Source: an uncultured Roseburia sp. (GTDB taxonomy: Bacteria; Bacillota; Clostridia; Lachnospirales; Lachnospiraceae). From it: a DNA stretch of 34,244 nucleotides. The notes beneath the pieces are model-generated. The model made no database searches and was not told where the DNA came from. It saw nothing but the letters and a program-made list of their open reading frames with translations. The translations under genes and the position numbers were made by a program. The stretch spans positions 1 to 34,244 of the forward strand of contig CANODN010000001.1 of assembly GCA_947564765.1 (NCBI GenBank), written 5' to 3'. Of this stretch, positions 23,795 through 34,244 are shown one piece after another; the stretch's first letter is position 1, and each line of letters begins with the position of its first letter.

Positions 23795-23841
23795 ACGATC
23801 ATCTCCTTCTTACATATGTGCTTTTTGTTTCCTTTTCAAAA

Positions 23842-23873
23842 GTTAGTATATGCTAACATTTATTAGTTGTCAA
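23842..23873 (-). promoter_or_regulatory. feo operon sigma-A promoter with a DtxR/MntR-like operator over the -10
   Basis: TTGACA (23873-23868), 17-nt spacer, TATACT (23850-23845). Palindrome GTTAG-TATATG-CTAAC at 23842-23857. Confidence 0.75.
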
Positions 23874-23954
23874 GAACTTTTTCGCAATTTTTTATTTCTA
23901 ATTTAGAGCTCTTCCTGCACCTTTTATCTAAAATTGTGTTTTCAGGCATGCGCC

Positions 23955-24011
23955 AAAATAAAAAGGACCTCCGGCCGTCAGTATTACAAATCTGACAACC
24001 GAAGGCCCTTT
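23955..24011 (-). terminator. Intrinsic terminator after the hybrid kinase
   Basis: Minus strand AAAGGGCCTTCGGTTGTCAG...CTGACGGCCGGAGGTCCTTT (with G.U pairs) followed by TTATTTT. Confidence 0.8.
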
Positions 24012-24022
24012 ATGCTCCTGTA

Positions 24023-27000
24023 TCAGTTTAAAAATTTCTTAAGCACCTCTATAAAGACATCCATATCCAGCGGTTTGGCAATATGGGCATTCATTCCGTT
24101 CTTTAAGGCCGCTTCCTTATCCTCTTCCAGCGCATTGGCCGTCATAGCAATAATCGGCAGATGTTTCACATCCTTCCGGTGCAGTCTGCGGATCGTCCTG
24201 GTAGCCTCATAACCGTCCATAATGGGCATCTGCACATCCATTAAAATTGCATCATAATAATTTTCCTCTGCCTTTTCCATAATCGCCACTGCATCGGTTC
24301 CGTCCGGAGCCGTATCCACAAGGAAACCGGCCTCTTCCAGAATCACCTGCGCGATCTCCCGGTTTAATTCAATATCCTCTACCAGAAGAATACGCCTTCC
24401 GCCAAAATCAGCTGTCGTCCATTCCGGAACCTCGTCCTCCTTTTCCAGCAGGTTATTCGTGGCAAGCAATACGGCCTTCAGATCGGACATAAACATCGGC
24501 TTAGCACAAAAAGCCGTTACTCCGGCCGCCTTCGCTTCTGTCTCAATATCGGTCCAGTCATAAGCAGTCAGAATAATAATGGGAACCTCATCGCCGACGG
24601 CACTGCGGATCTCTCTGGCGGTTTCCACTCCGCTAAGCCCCGGCATCTGCCAGTCAATAATAAAAGTATGATAGGAATCTCCTTCTTCATAAGCACTCTT
24701 TGCGCGGTATACTGCCTCCCTGCCGGATGTTGTCCACTCGGAACGCAGACCAATCTGCTTTAACATCTTGCTGACACTGTCACAAACATTCAGATCATCA
24801 TCTACAACCAGCGCCCGCAAATCCTCAAGCTCTTTGATCTGTTCCGCTGTTTTCTCCAGATCCTGAAGCTTCAATCCAAGCTCCACCGTAAATGTGCTTC
24901 CCTTGCCGATTTCACTCTCAACGCTGATCGTACCGTTCATGATCTCTACAATATTTTTGGTAATAGCCATGCCCAGTCCTGTACCCTGAATACCGCTTTG
25001 TGTTACGGTAGACTCCCGCTCAAAGGGTTCAAAAATATGCTCCACAAACTCCTGCGACATGCCGATTCCATTGTCCTTAATGATAAATGTATAATCACCG
25101 TATCCATGCCGGAATGTAGTCTTTTGCATAATCCGGAAAGAAACCGTGCCTCCGGCGGGTGTATATTTTACAGCATTGCTTAACAAATTAATAAATACCT
25201 GATTTAATTTCAGAGGATCGGCTATAACATCCTCATTGGCAACCTCAAAGGTATCAATAAACAATTCCAGCTGCTTCGCCTTGATCTGCGGCTGAATAAT
25301 ATTAACCAGATTGTGGATCAGCTCGGAAATATTACATTCCTGCTCTTTGATCTGCACCTTCCCGCTTTCAATTCTGCTCATATCAAGAACATCATTGATC
25401 AAGCTGAGAAGATGATTACTGGAGGAGAGGACTTTCTTCAGGCAGTCCAAAACCTGATCCTTGTTGTCAATATGACTGACTGCAATCGTGGCAAATCCGA
25501 TAATGGCATTCATAGGCGTACGGATATCATGGGACATATTGGATAAAAATGTGGTTTTCGCCCTGTTTGCATGCTGCGCCTGCATCAATGCATCCTGCAG
25601 AGCCTGTGTCTGCTCTCTCTGCTTTCTGACCTGCTCCGTAATATCTTTGGATACTACCATAACCATAATATCGCCCGTATTATCGTCCTCAGTCATAACA
25701 AATGTCTGACGTACACACATCTGTTCTTCACTGGAGGCACTTCCCCAATACTCGGCAATCACCTCTCCGTCACCCTGCGCAAAGCATTTTTTCAGATTTT
25801 CGATATTTACAATATCGAAATATGTTTCTGCGGATTCCGCCAAAACAAACGGCCTCCATCTTTCAAAGCATTCGGATGCTTTACACGGAGCCTTTAAGCC
25901 TACCCGCTCAAGAAGGGATATTTTCTGTCCGTCTATTACCCGGACAACATCCTGCTCAATAAGATCCCTGGACAGATTAAACTCAAAGCTGCAGAAGGAA
26001 TTGGACATAATGGCAATCTGGTACTGCCTCTCCCTGCGGTTTGCGAGTGCCCGTTCTGCTTGAATGCGCAGCTCTTTTTCTTTTATTTCTGTTACATCCT
26101 GTCGGATAAACAAGACCTTGGAAACGTTATCGTTATTCCTTTCCAGGCAGACAAGATTCATATGCTCCCACTCCGGACATCCATCCCGGATGACATAACG
26201 CTCATACCGCAGATCATTGTGCTCTGCCATAGCAGCAACAATCGCATCCTTATCCATAAAATCAATAAATTCCTGCCGATGGCTTTCTTCCATATAAGCG
26301 GCCAGATAGGCAATAATATCCTGATATTTTCCGCTGTCTGCGATTCCTCCTCCCTCCGGCTTCGTCCCTGCCAGATATTGATAGGTGTCCTGCTCCAGAT
26401 CCACCATGGCAAACCTGGAAAACAGTGTATTGATACCGCTGATAATATATCCCATTTCCCGGTTTTCCTTTTCCAGCGCCTTCCGCTTTCGTCCGGCGCG
26501 GATAATAATAATCAGTATGTAAACCACAAACAGCACAATCAGCATGGCTTCCAGCTGAATTCCTACAAGATTTTCCGCTGCAATCATACGCTGTGTAACA
26601 TTCTTTGGAAATGTCTGTACCAAAACATAGTCATTGTCCGGCAGATACGTCACACAGACATTGTCTGTCATTCCGGAAGAATCACATGCAAAAGCGCCTT
26701 CTCCTCCGTTTTCAAAGACCTGCCGGACAGATCCGGCAGCCGATTGATCGATAATTCCCCTTTCTGTCAATGCATCCAAAAGGTGTCCTTCGTAAATAAC
26801 GCCATCGGAGCTGGCAATCACCCTGCCGTCCGGCGCACACAAAAATACATTGGCCTCTTCTCCGAAATACGTGGTGGCAAGCATACTTCGCAAATATTCC
26901 TCAGCCAGAAAAGCTCCCCGCAGCACGCCGATCACCTGTCCCTCGTAATAAACAGGTGCATAAAAACAAGCCATTGTCTCATCAAAGAAATGCGGATCAA

Positions 27001-27409
27001 ATACAATCTCGATATTACTGTTTCCTGTAATGCCATCCATATAAAAATTCCGCCACGCTACGTCTTCCTTCCGTCCGTCAGAAGCATAGTCAATCCCTTC
27101 CAGATCGGTAAACATAATGGCGTCAAATTGAGAATTTTCTTCCATTTTTTCAAGCATCTGTGCCGTAATCACAGGCTCTGTCAGACCTTCTCCCACAAAA
27201 TATGCGTAGGTATTGATCCGGTTTAAGGCATTATTCAATTCCTCATCAATCTGCACAGACTTCAACCGTGCGGAATCCGCCGCATACTCTCTGTTCTGCT
27301 CCTCGGTTCGTTTGCTGTTCTGTGCTGTAAACCAAAAGAATAACAAAATAATGGCCAGCAAAAGGAAAACAGCGTAAATAATCTCCTGTAACGGTTTTTT
27401 CTTTTTCAT
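24023..27409 (-). CDS. Membrane-bound hybrid sensor histidine kinase with two receiver domains (Cache-like sensor, PAS-like linker)
   Basis: Two TMs, H-box [34 protein letters not shown]1 IIDWQMP, REC2 LMDVQMP. Start moved to 27409 (GAGGA RBS). Confidence 0.93.
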   Translation of the reverse strand: MKKKKPLQEIIYAVFLLLAIILLFFWFTAQNSKRTEEQNREYAADSARLKSVQIDEELNNALNRINTYAYFVGEGLTEPVITAQMLEKMEENSQFDAIMFTDLEGIDYASDGRKEDVAWRNFYMDGITGNSNIEIVFDPHFFDETMACFYAPVYYEGQVIGVLRGAFLAEEYLRSMLATTYFGEEANVFLCAPDGRVIASSDGVIYEGHLLDALTERGIIDQSAAGSVRQVFENGGEGAFACDSSGMTDNVCVTYLPDNDYVLVQTFPKNVTQRMIAAENLVGIQLEAMLIVLFVVYILIIIIRAGRKRKALEKENREMGYIISGINTLFSRFAMVDLEQDTYQYLAGTKPEGGGIADSGKYQDIIAYLAAYMEESHRQEFIDFMDKDAIVAAMAEHNDLRYERYVIRDGCPEWEHMNLVCLERNNDNVSKVLFIRQDVTEIKEKELRIQAERALANRRERQYQIAIMSNSFCSFEFNLSRDLIEQDVVRVIDGQKISLLERVGLKAPCKASECFERWRPFVLAESAETYFDIVNIENLKKCFAQGDGEVIAEYWGSASSEEQMCVRQTFVMTEDDNTGDIMVMVVSKDITEQVRKQREQTQALQDALMQAQHANRAKTTFLSNMSHDIRTPMNAIIGFATIAVSHIDNKDQVLDCLKKVLSSSNHLLSLINDVLDMSRIESGKVQIKEQECNISELIHNLVNIIQPQIKAKQLELFIDTFEVANEDVIADPLKLNQVFINLLSNAVKYTPAGGTVSFRIMQKTTFRHGYGDYTFIIKDNGIGMSQEFVEHIFEPFERESTVTQSGIQGTGLGMAITKNIVEIMNGTISVESEIGKGSTFTVELGLKLQDLEKTAEQIKELEDLRALVVDDDLNVCDSVSKMLKQIGLRSEWTTSGREAVYRAKSAYEEGDSYHTFIIDWQMPGLSGVETAREIRSAVGDEVPIIILTAYDWTDIETEAKAAGVTAFCAKPMFMSDLKAVLLATNNLLEKEDEVPEWTTADFGGRRILLVEDIELNREIAQVILEEAGFLVDTAPDGTDAVAIMEKAEENYYDAILMDVQMPIMDGYEATRTIRRLHRKDVKHLPIIAMTANALEEDKEAALKNGMNAHIAKPLDMDVFIEVLKKFLN

Positions 27410-27501
27410 AGGTAGTTCCTCGTATATCTTTTCATTTAAAATAAATGACTCCGGTTCTTGTTCACAGCTAAAACCAGACATCACCTGCAGCTACTATATT
27501 G

Positions 27502-27530
27502 AATATATCAGTTTGAGCATGAAAAGACAA
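27502..27530 (-). promoter_or_regulatory. Possible sigma-A promoter of the downstream hybrid kinase
   Basis: TTGTCT, 17-nt spacer, TG-N-TATATT. Confidence 0.45.
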
Positions 27531-27547
27531 CCTTTTTCCTGTTTCAT

Positions 27548-29392
27548 TCACTCCGGCAGACTATCTTTCAGACAGAGAACACCCCAGCCCAGCTGTGGAT
27601 TCGGATACTCTCTTACTGCCGAAATCCTTCTTGCCCCACGGATCAGATATGCCTTCAATTTTTCTCCATACAAAAACGGATCTCTTCCCTGCACAATTCC
27701 CCACTGCATCATCAGCGCCGCACTGCCCGTTACAAAAGGTGCAGCCATAGAGGTCCCGCTTCTGGCCGCATAGCTGCCTCCGGGGGATGGCGCCATAATA
27801 TTAACACCGGGTGCGGCGAGATCCGGCTTCACCTGATTGGTCCAGGCCGTATACCCTCTGCCGGAAAACGCCGCCGTACTGTCTGTATTGGAATCGTATG
27901 CCGCCACACTGATCACCTTTGCGGACGTAGACGGAATTGTCAGCGTCTTAAGCTCGGAAGGATAAGGAAATCCGGTATCCTCGTTTAAAACACCGCCTGA
28001 CGGCAGCCACATATCATAAGTTCCGTCTACAATATCTCCCGCCGTAATGCGTATCCGCCACAATCCGGAGGGAATATAGCTATCTCTGGGAATAACGTCT
28101 ATATAAATTTCCTGGTAAATACTGTAAGGCACCGGCTCTCCATAAAAAATCAATAATTCCACTGCTTCGAAGGAAACTCTGAGTGTTCCCTGCCCGATCA
28201 GCGGTCCGCTGGTCTTACCATCCGGCAGCAAAACCTCCACCCGCAATTCATCCTGATAACGTTTCCAGATCTGCAAATTCAGCCTGCTTTCGTAACTGCT
28301 GACGGTAAGCTCTGCCTCCTGTGTCTCCCCTCTGGCAATCTGGTTTTGATAATGGGCCGCTCCTGCTCCTTCATTCCCGGTTCCGGTTATAATACTGCAC
28401 TGATGATGATCCGACATATCGTTCAAAAAAGTTTCAATCAGACTTGTACCGCTGTGGGAACCGTAATTATTTCCAAAGCTTAAATTCACGGCAAGCGGCT
28501 TGCCCATTTCCTCTGCCGCCCTGACACAAAAGTCCACCGCCTTCATCAGTTCTGTTGTTTTGGGAAAAGAATTTTCTCCCGGCGTTCCCAATTTTACAAT
28601 TAAAAGCTCCGATTCATATGCAATTCCCCGATACCTTCCCATAGATGCCCTTCCGCAGCCCGCCGCAATGCCTGCTACATGTGTTCCGTGCCCGGAAGTG
28701 TCTCTGCTTGGCACCAGCTTTTGTCTGACAGCCGAATCCGTCGCTTCCAACGCCTGATTGATCTCTGCCTGTGTAAACAGCACGCCGTCAGAATATCCTT
28801 CCGGTGGTCGGTAGGTAATGCCTGCATTTGCTTCTGTCCTTTCCTCATTCAAAAGATCCGCGTCCAGCGTCTGGTCCCATAAAAATACGATTCTTGTGCT
28901 TCCATCCGCTTTTCTGAAATCCGGATGTGCATAATCGATTCCGCTGTCAATCACTGCCACCAGACAATTTTGTCCGGTAAGGTTTCTTTGCCCTTCAATT
29001 CCTCCTGCAAAATCAGAGGAACTTTCTCCTGTCTGTAACGCGGTAATACAAGAGACTCTTTTTGCCGCATTCACAGCAAAAAAGAGCCTCTTTGGTTTTT
29101 CCATATAAATAATTCCATCTAATTCCGCCGCAACAGTAACCAACTGCTCCGGCAGAATCAATACTGCATAGGAATTGCTTAATACTGTAATATCTGAAAT
29201 CAGCTTTTCATAACCGTACATGCGAAGCAGATCCTTTACCTGATCCAGTCCGTTCCGCACATAGCGAATAATAACCTCCCAGGTCTGTGATTCCGGAAAA
29301 TATCCTACGCCCAGATTTACGGATTTTTCCCGCTCATTCATATTGGCATCCAGTGCAAGATTCAAAAGATTTTCAATTTTTGCGTTATTCAT
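27548..29392 (-). CDS. S8 subtilisin-like serine protease, clostridial Csp (germination protease) type
   Basis: Intact triad VIDSGID / GHGTHVAG / SGTSMA, prodomain, large insertion between the His and Ser motifs, DPFLYGEKLKAYLIRGA and YPNPQLGWG C-terminus. Start moved to 29392. Confidence 0.9.
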   Translation of the reverse strand: MNNAKIENLLNLALDANMNEREKSVNLGVGYFPESQTWEVIIRYVRNGLDQVKDLLRMYGYEKLISDITVLSNSYAVLILPEQLVTVAAELDGIIYMEKPKRLFFAVNAAKRVSCITALQTGESSSDFAGGIEGQRNLTGQNCLVAVIDSGIDYAHPDFRKADGSTRIVFLWDQTLDADLLNEERTEANAGITYRPPEGYSDGVLFTQAEINQALEATDSAVRQKLVPSRDTSGHGTHVAGIAAGCGRASMGRYRGIAYESELLIVKLGTPGENSFPKTTELMKAVDFCVRAAEEMGKPLAVNLSFGNNYGSHSGTSLIETFLNDMSDHHQCSIITGTGNEGAGAAHYQNQIARGETQEAELTVSSYESRLNLQIWKRYQDELRVEVLLPDGKTSGPLIGQGTLRVSFEAVELLIFYGEPVPYSIYQEIYIDVIPRDSYIPSGLWRIRITAGDIVDGTYDMWLPSGGVLNEDTGFPYPSELKTLTIPSTSAKVISVAAYDSNTDSTAAFSGRGYTAWTNQVKPDLAAPGVNIMAPSPGGSYAARSGTSMAAPFVTGSAALMMQWGIVQGRDPFLYGEKLKAYLIRGARRISAVREYPNPQLGWGVLCLKDSLPE

Positions 29393-29416
29393 AAAATCGT
29401 ACTTTCGTTTTTTATG

Positions 29417-29445
29417 AGTATATGCACGATTTATCCCAGATATTT
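29417..29445 (-). promoter_or_regulatory. Mother-cell sigma-E/K-like promoter of the Csp-type protease
   Basis: AAATATC, 14-nt spacer, CATATACT; overlaps the end of the upstream kinase gene. Confidence 0.5.
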
Positions 29446-31980
29446 CTGCAGCACACGCGTACATTCTTTCAAATCAATCGGTTTTTGTATATGGGCATTC
29501 ATGCCGCAATCCAGACATTTCTGCACATCTCCGGAAAACGCGTCTGCCGTCATTGCGATAATCGGCAGGTTCTTATCCTTGCGGTCCAATTCCCGAATTG
29601 CCTTTGTCGTATCATACCCATTCATTACCGGCATACGGATATCCATCAAAATGGCGTCGTAATATCCTGCTTCGGAATTTTGGAATTTTTCCAGACAATC
29701 CTGTCCATTAACTGCCCAATCCAGCTCCATGCCCGTAATAGACAAAATAGCGCTTGCCACTTCCCAGTTAATTTCCATATCCTCTGCTAATAGGACTCTT
29801 TTCCCGGTAAAATCCGCATCCTCTTCATCTTTCTTCTCTCCCTCCATCGTATAACCGTCCGCATATTGAATCAGGCGGTGATACAGGGTAGATTTAAAGA
29901 GGGGTTTTGAAATAAACCCTTCAATCAATGCAGTGCTGATTTCCTCTTCCAAATCACTGTAATCATATGCGGAAATCAAAAATACGGGAATGTCATCTCC
30001 TACACGGCTCCTGATCTCATGTATCGTCTCAATGCCATCCATACCGGGCATTTTCCAGTCAATCAAAACAAAATGATAATCGTCCTTTTTCTTATGGCGT
30101 TCTTCAATCATCTGGATAGCCTTGCTGCCGTCCAGGGTCCACTCTACATACACACCCAGCTCTTCCAGATTGGAAACGGCGCTGATGCAAAGCTCTTCGT
30201 TGTCATCCACCACAAGGACATTCCATTTTGGCAGCTTCATATCCTCTTCTTTGATATCTGCTATTTTGAGGTCAAGCATCATATGAAACGAACTTCCCTT
30301 ACCAAGCTCGCTTTCCAGCTCAATACTTCCACCCATCAGATCTACAATGCTCTTTGTAATCGCCATACCAAGGCCGGTGCCTACAATATGGCGTACCTCA
30401 TCCGAATCCTCTCTTGCAAAATTATCCCAGATCCTTTTCTGAAATTCCGGAGACATGCCGATTCCGTTATCCTCAATGCGAAAATGTGTCCGAACAAAAT
30501 CTTCTCCCTTTGGCGATGCTTCCTGGTACATATAAATATCAATTCTGCCTTCTTCCGGCGTATATTTCACCGCATTGGACAAAAGATTCAAAAGTACCTG
30601 GTTCAAACGCAGATCATCACAGCAAACATCCTCCGATATAATCTTTTTAATAAAAATATCAAAATACTGCTTTTTGGCCTTCACCTGAGGCTGCATAATA
30701 TTAACAATATCATCCATTGCATCCCGTAATGACATCGGTGCAATATTCAAAGGCATTTTACCGCTTTCAATTTTGGACATATCCAGCACATCATTGATCA
30801 ATCCTAACAGCTGCTTGCTGGATAACCGGACTTTCCTCAAGCACTCCTCCACACGTGCAGAATCCTCCAGATTCCTCTGGGCAATCTCCGTCATACCAAT
30901 AATTGCATTCATCGGCGTGCGGATGTCATGACTCATACTGGAAAGGAATTCACTCTTCGCCATATTGGCACGATCCGCCTCTTCCTTTGCCTTTGCAAGT
31001 TCCCGAAGCTGTTTCTGCGATAACCGATAGTACATCAGGAAAATAACAGACATCGTAAGCAAAATCACGGTTCCTGATCCAATCATAATAACGGCGCGCA
31101 GTGTATCTAATCTCGTAATCGATTCTCCCAGCACTTCGGAAGGCATAACGGTAATCAAATACCAGGATGAGCTGACCGAAAGCGGGGAACAGTAGATCTG
31201 CCTCTCATTCCCGTCAATTAAGACAAGTGTGGAATATGTATTCTCATCCTTCATCGCCGCCTGCAGCTCTTCCACATAATCCTCCGGTGCCTTTCTGTTA
31301 ACTCCCTGGTACTGCTCCTTGACACGCTCAAAATAATTCTCGCGGAATGCATCGGAATTTCTGATTACAAAATTTCCGTTATGGTCAATGATATGGGAAT
31401 ACGCCACTGCATCGTTTTCATCCAGAAAAAGCGCCTGATTCAAATATTCCATTGTGATTCCGGCAATAATTGCCTCGCTTTTCTTTCCGTTTTCCATTTC
31501 ATAGAAAACCTGCTTCCCCAGCAGAAGAACCTTTTCTCCGTCCTTGTTTTTCCCATAGGTCACCAAATCACCTTTTTCCCTCAAAGACCGATGAACCTCT
31601 TCTGCGGCATCTGCAATCTGTACCTCATCTCCATAGATAATATCAATGTTACCGTCATCCCCATAAAAGCCCAAAAATGTAAAATTTCTGATTTCACCGC
31701 TGACCTGCAGCTCCTTCCGCAGCTCTTCGCTGTTCTTTAACGAACTCCACGGGCTGCGTTTAATAATTCCTTCTACCTGCTCTAAACGCAGACGGATAAT
31801 GGATCGAAATTTCTGCTGAATCTGCTGGCTCATCTCAGACATATAAATATTACTGATCTCTTCAATTGATTTTTCCGTTTCGTAAGACATAAACATGGTC
31901 AAACAGAAAAACACCGCAACACAGATCACAATTACGCTGATGATACTGCGCCGGAAAAATCTGATTACCTTTTTATCCAT
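29431..31980 (-). CDS. Membrane-bound hybrid sensor histidine kinase with two receiver domains
   Basis: Two TMs with an extracellular domain, [40 protein letters not shown]. Start at 31980 after GGAG. Confidence 0.93.
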   Translation of the reverse strand: MDKKVIRFFRRSIISVIVICVAVFFCLTMFMSYETEKSIEEISNIYMSEMSQQIQQKFRSIIRLRLEQVEGIIKRSPWSSLKNSEELRKELQVSGEIRNFTFLGFYGDDGNIDIIYGDEVQIADAAEEVHRSLREKGDLVTYGKNKDGEKVLLLGKQVFYEMENGKKSEAIIAGITMEYLNQALFLDENDAVAYSHIIDHNGNFVIRNSDAFRENYFERVKEQYQGVNRKAPEDYVEELQAAMKDENTYSTLVLIDGNERQIYCSPLSVSSSWYLITVMPSEVLGESITRLDTLRAVIMIGSGTVILLTMSVIFLMYYRLSQKQLRELAKAKEEADRANMAKSEFLSSMSHDIRTPMNAIIGMTEIAQRNLEDSARVEECLRKVRLSSKQLLGLINDVLDMSKIESGKMPLNIAPMSLRDAMDDIVNIMQPQVKAKKQYFDIFIKKIISEDVCCDDLRLNQVLLNLLSNAVKYTPEEGRIDIYMYQEASPKGEDFVRTHFRIEDNGIGMSPEFQKRIWDNFAREDSDEVRHIVGTGLGMAITKSIVDLMGGSIELESELGKGSSFHMMLDLKIADIKEEDMKLPKWNVLVVDDNEELCISAVSNLEELGVYVEWTLDGSKAIQMIEERHKKKDDYHFVLIDWKMPGMDGIETIHEIRSRVGDDIPVFLISAYDYSDLEEEISTALIEGFISKPLFKSTLYHRLIQYADGYTMEGEKKDEEDADFTGKRVLLAEDMEINWEVASAILSITGMELDWAVNGQDCLEKFQNSEAGYYDAILMDIRMPVMNGYDTTKAIRELDRKDKNLPIIAMTADAFSGDVQKCLDCGMNAHIQKPIDLKECTRVLQKYLG

Positions 31981-32016
31981 ATCTTTTCTCCATCCATTGA
32001 TCATTTGACAAAATAT

Positions 32017-32370
32017 TTATTCCATGTGCTTTTTAATGCAGCAGATAATTTTCTCCTGCTGCGGCAGAATTTCCGTAAGAAGCTGTCTGGCAGCCTCCGG
32101 TTCTCCGCCTCTCAGCAGTCTTAAAATTTCCGTATAACCTTCATACAGAGGCGTAATAGAAAGGTTTCCCGCAGTTCCTTTAATGGCATGTGCTTTTTCA
32201 ATGGCTTCCGTACAATCTGCAGAATCAAAATCCGGTTCAACGGAATGCGCCTCTATGGTTTTTACGAAAGATCCTAACAGTCTCGTATATAACTGCTCTT
32301 TCCCTGCCAGCCGTTTTAAACCGCTGTCAACATCAACGCCCAACTCCTTTAATTCCTCAAATAATGTCAT
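32017..32370 (-). CDS. Stand-alone Hpt (histidine phosphotransfer) protein
   Basis: GVDVDSGLKR N-terminus and AHAIKGTAGNL H-box. Start at 32370 after GAGGT. Confidence 0.9.
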   Translation of the reverse strand: MTLFEELKELGVDVDSGLKRLAGKEQLYTRLLGSFVKTIEAHSVEPDFDSADCTEAIEKAHAIKGTAGNLSITPLYEGYTEILRLLRGGEPEAARQLLTEILPQQEKIICCIKKHME

Positions 32371-32418
32371 GAACCTCACCTCACACTTTTTCACAGGATA
32401 TTATCATTGAAACCAGAC

Positions 32419-32443
32419 GGGCACAGGAATTTCCCCTGTGCCC
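32419..32443 (-). terminator. Hairpin downstream of the MCP gene
   Basis: GGGCACAGG-N7-CCTGTGCCC with only a weak U tract. Confidence 0.55.
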
Positions 32444-32491
32444 CAATCCGATCGTTACTTTTTATTCTTCACCAAACGGTTTTCCGATCTT

Positions 32492-33952
32492 TTAATATTT
32501 TCCGAAATCATCTTCCAAAGAAATCATCTGCTCATTTGCATTGTCATCAACGGCGGAAGAAGCTTTAAAGGAATTATCTGCGTGTCCTCCTCTTAAATTG
32601 TAGATGGAAAGCATATCACGCATCTTAGATGCCTGGTTAGATAATTCTTCGCTGGCTGCAGCACATTCCTCGCTGGTTGCAGAGTTGGTCTGAACTACCT
32701 GAGATACCTGTGTAATTGCCTGCTCGATCTGAGCTACTGCAGTTGCCTGATAATTGGAGGATTCTGCAATACCATTGATGATAACTTCGCTCTCCTGTAC
32801 TACCTTTGTGATAGCTTCCAATGCCTTCGCCGTATCGTCTGCAATCTGAGAACCTAAGCTGACTTTTGAAATAGAATCTTCGATCATCTCTGCTGTCTCT
32901 TTTGCTGCAGATGCACTCTTTGCTGCAAGACTTCTTACTTCTTCTGCTACAACGGCAAAGCCTTTTCCTGCTTCTCCTGCTCTTGCAGCCTCAACTGCCG
33001 CATTCAATGCAAGAATGTTGGTCTGGAATGCAATATCGTCAATTGTTTTAATAATCTTGGAAATACTCTCGGAAGCCTGGTTGATATCCTGCATTGCATT
33101 TACCATGTCTTCCATCTGCTGATTGCCCTTCTTCACATCTTCAATTGCGTGAAGTACAAGACCTGCTGCTTCATTTGCCTGTTCTGCGTTCTGTTTTGTC
33201 TTATCTGCGATCTCATCAATAGATGCTGTAATCTCCTCAATAGCACTTGCCTGCTGCGTAGAACCCTGTGCCAATGCCTGGCTTGCACTTGCTACCTGAG
33301 AAGAACTGATGGTAACCTGTGTACCTGCCTCACTGATATTGGAAAGTGTAGTCAAGTTGTCCTCTACTAGTTTCTTTAAAGAATTGCCAAGCAGATCGTC
33401 CGGAGATTTCGGATTTACGTTAACGGTAAGATTTCCATGGGATACCTCTTCCGCAATCTGTGCCTGATATTTGATATTACTGATTACTTCTTTGTAATCA
33501 TCTACCAACGCACCGAATTCATCATTCCCGTGTTTTACAAGATCGATATCTACGCGTCCCATTGCAATATCCTGCGCAGCACCGGAAAGTTCTCTAATGG
33601 AAGACATAATTGTTTTAATAATAGATAATGCAATTGCCAGTGTAATGATGATAGAAATCACGATCAGTGCAACACTCAGAGCATTCAACTGATTTGCCAT
33701 GGTCTTAAGGCTCATTGCATTTTCTGTTATTTCTGCTGCAATGGCATCCAAAAGCATATCGCTTTTCTCTTCGTTTGCGCCAATTTCTACTAATTTTTCT
33801 GCAACTGTCTGATATTGTTGTTCATACTTAACCTCTACATTAGAGATTGTATGACGGGTAGACCACACTCCGATTACAGAGTTAATTATTGTAAGTACAA
33901 TCGGAATAAAAAATCCCAGAATCAATTTTGTTTTCATCTTAACGTTTTTCAT
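32492..33952 (-). CDS. Methyl-accepting chemotaxis protein
   Basis: TM1/TM2, HAMP (DEFG), hairpin tip [38 protein letters not shown]-terminal DFGKY. Confidence 0.96.
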   Translation of the reverse strand: MKNVKMKTKLILGFFIPIVLTIINSVIGVWSTRHTISNVEVKYEQQYQTVAEKLVEIGANEEKSDMLLDAIAAEITENAMSLKTMANQLNALSVALIVISIIITLAIALSIIKTIMSSIRELSGAAQDIAMGRVDIDLVKHGNDEFGALVDDYKEVISNIKYQAQIAEEVSHGNLTVNVNPKSPDDLLGNSLKKLVEDNLTTLSNISEAGTQVTISSSQVASASQALAQGSTQQASAIEEITASIDEIADKTKQNAEQANEAAGLVLHAIEDVKKGNQQMEDMVNAMQDINQASESISKIIKTIDDIAFQTNILALNAAVEAARAGEAGKGFAVVAEEVRSLAAKSASAAKETAEMIEDSISKVSLGSQIADDTAKALEAITKVVQESEVIINGIAESSNYQATAVAQIEQAITQVSQVVQTNSATSEECAAASEELSNQASKMRDMLSIYNLRGGHADNSFKASSAVDDNANEQMISLEDDFGKY

Positions 33953-33965
33953 ATTCTTATACCTC

Positions 33966-34244
33966 TCATTCTTTTACTAATACCATGCCATTTGTCTGCT
34001 CAATTGCTGAAACATCCTCGTCATTTAACAGTTTATCGGGATCTAACAGTAATTTTACAGAGTTACCTACCCTTGCTATACCATATACAAACTTATGGTC
34101 CGTCTTATCCACACGCCCCATTTTCGGCGGAGGTAAGATGTTTTCTTCCTTGATCTCAATTACTTCTGCAATCTGCTCTACGATCAGTCCCACCGTCACC
34201 TTATCATTTCTTACAACACGGATATCCGGCTGTAAGGTTCCCAG
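33966..34244 (-). CDS. cheW: Chemotaxis coupling protein CheW (C-terminal part; 5' end outside the window)
   Basis: [21 protein letters not shown]...[22 protein letters not shown]. Frame open to the window edge; directly upstream of the MCP. Confidence 0.88.
   Translation of the reverse strand: MGTLQPDIRVVRNDKVTVGLIVEQIAEVIEIKEENILPPPKMGRVDKTDHKFVYGIARVGNSVKLLLDPDKLLNDEDVSAIEQTNGMVLVKE

Noticed and set aside
26060-27226. 388-aa plus-strand ORF
   Set aside because: Lies wholly antisense to the hybrid kinase, has no recognisable motifs, and has the composition of a shadow ORF.
1-34244. Prophage, IS or integrative element
   Set aside because: No integrase, transposase, relaxase or phage genes and no flanking direct repeats were found.

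Overview
Core-genome-like window from a spore-forming gut Firmicute; RBS style, gene content and protein architectures suggest Lachnospiraceae. Every supported gene lies on the minus strand. From right to left in transcription order: partial cheW, an MCP, a stand-alone Hpt protein, a hybrid histidine kinase, a Csp-type S8 protease, a second hybrid kinase, a feoA-feoA-feoB-small Cys-rich iron uptake operon, an ABC-2 exporter pair, ferredoxin, purF, pdaA, a membrane protein plus XRE regulator, uxaC, an HD hydrolase-glycosyltransferase-hemB operon, and two large tandem GH101 endo-alpha-N-acetylgalactosaminidases. The leftmost GH101 runs off the window edge and is missing from the ORF track. No mobile element, CRISPR array, rRNA or tRNA was seen. 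The most notable observations are: (1) both GH101 paralogs carry Gly at the position matching the SpGH101 'gatekeeper' Gln868 and differ from each other at other subsite positions, which suggests a natural pair of broad-specificity mucin O-glycanases; (2) a 3-copy, ~51-bp double-hairpin tandem repeat with compensatory changes between the two feoA genes; (3) a 145-bp hairpin after pdaA whose mismatches become G.U pairs only on the mRNA strand; (4) a PurF with no glutaminase catalytic residues; (5) an MCP/CheW-Hpt-dual hybrid kinase cluster interrupted by a sporulation-type protease.
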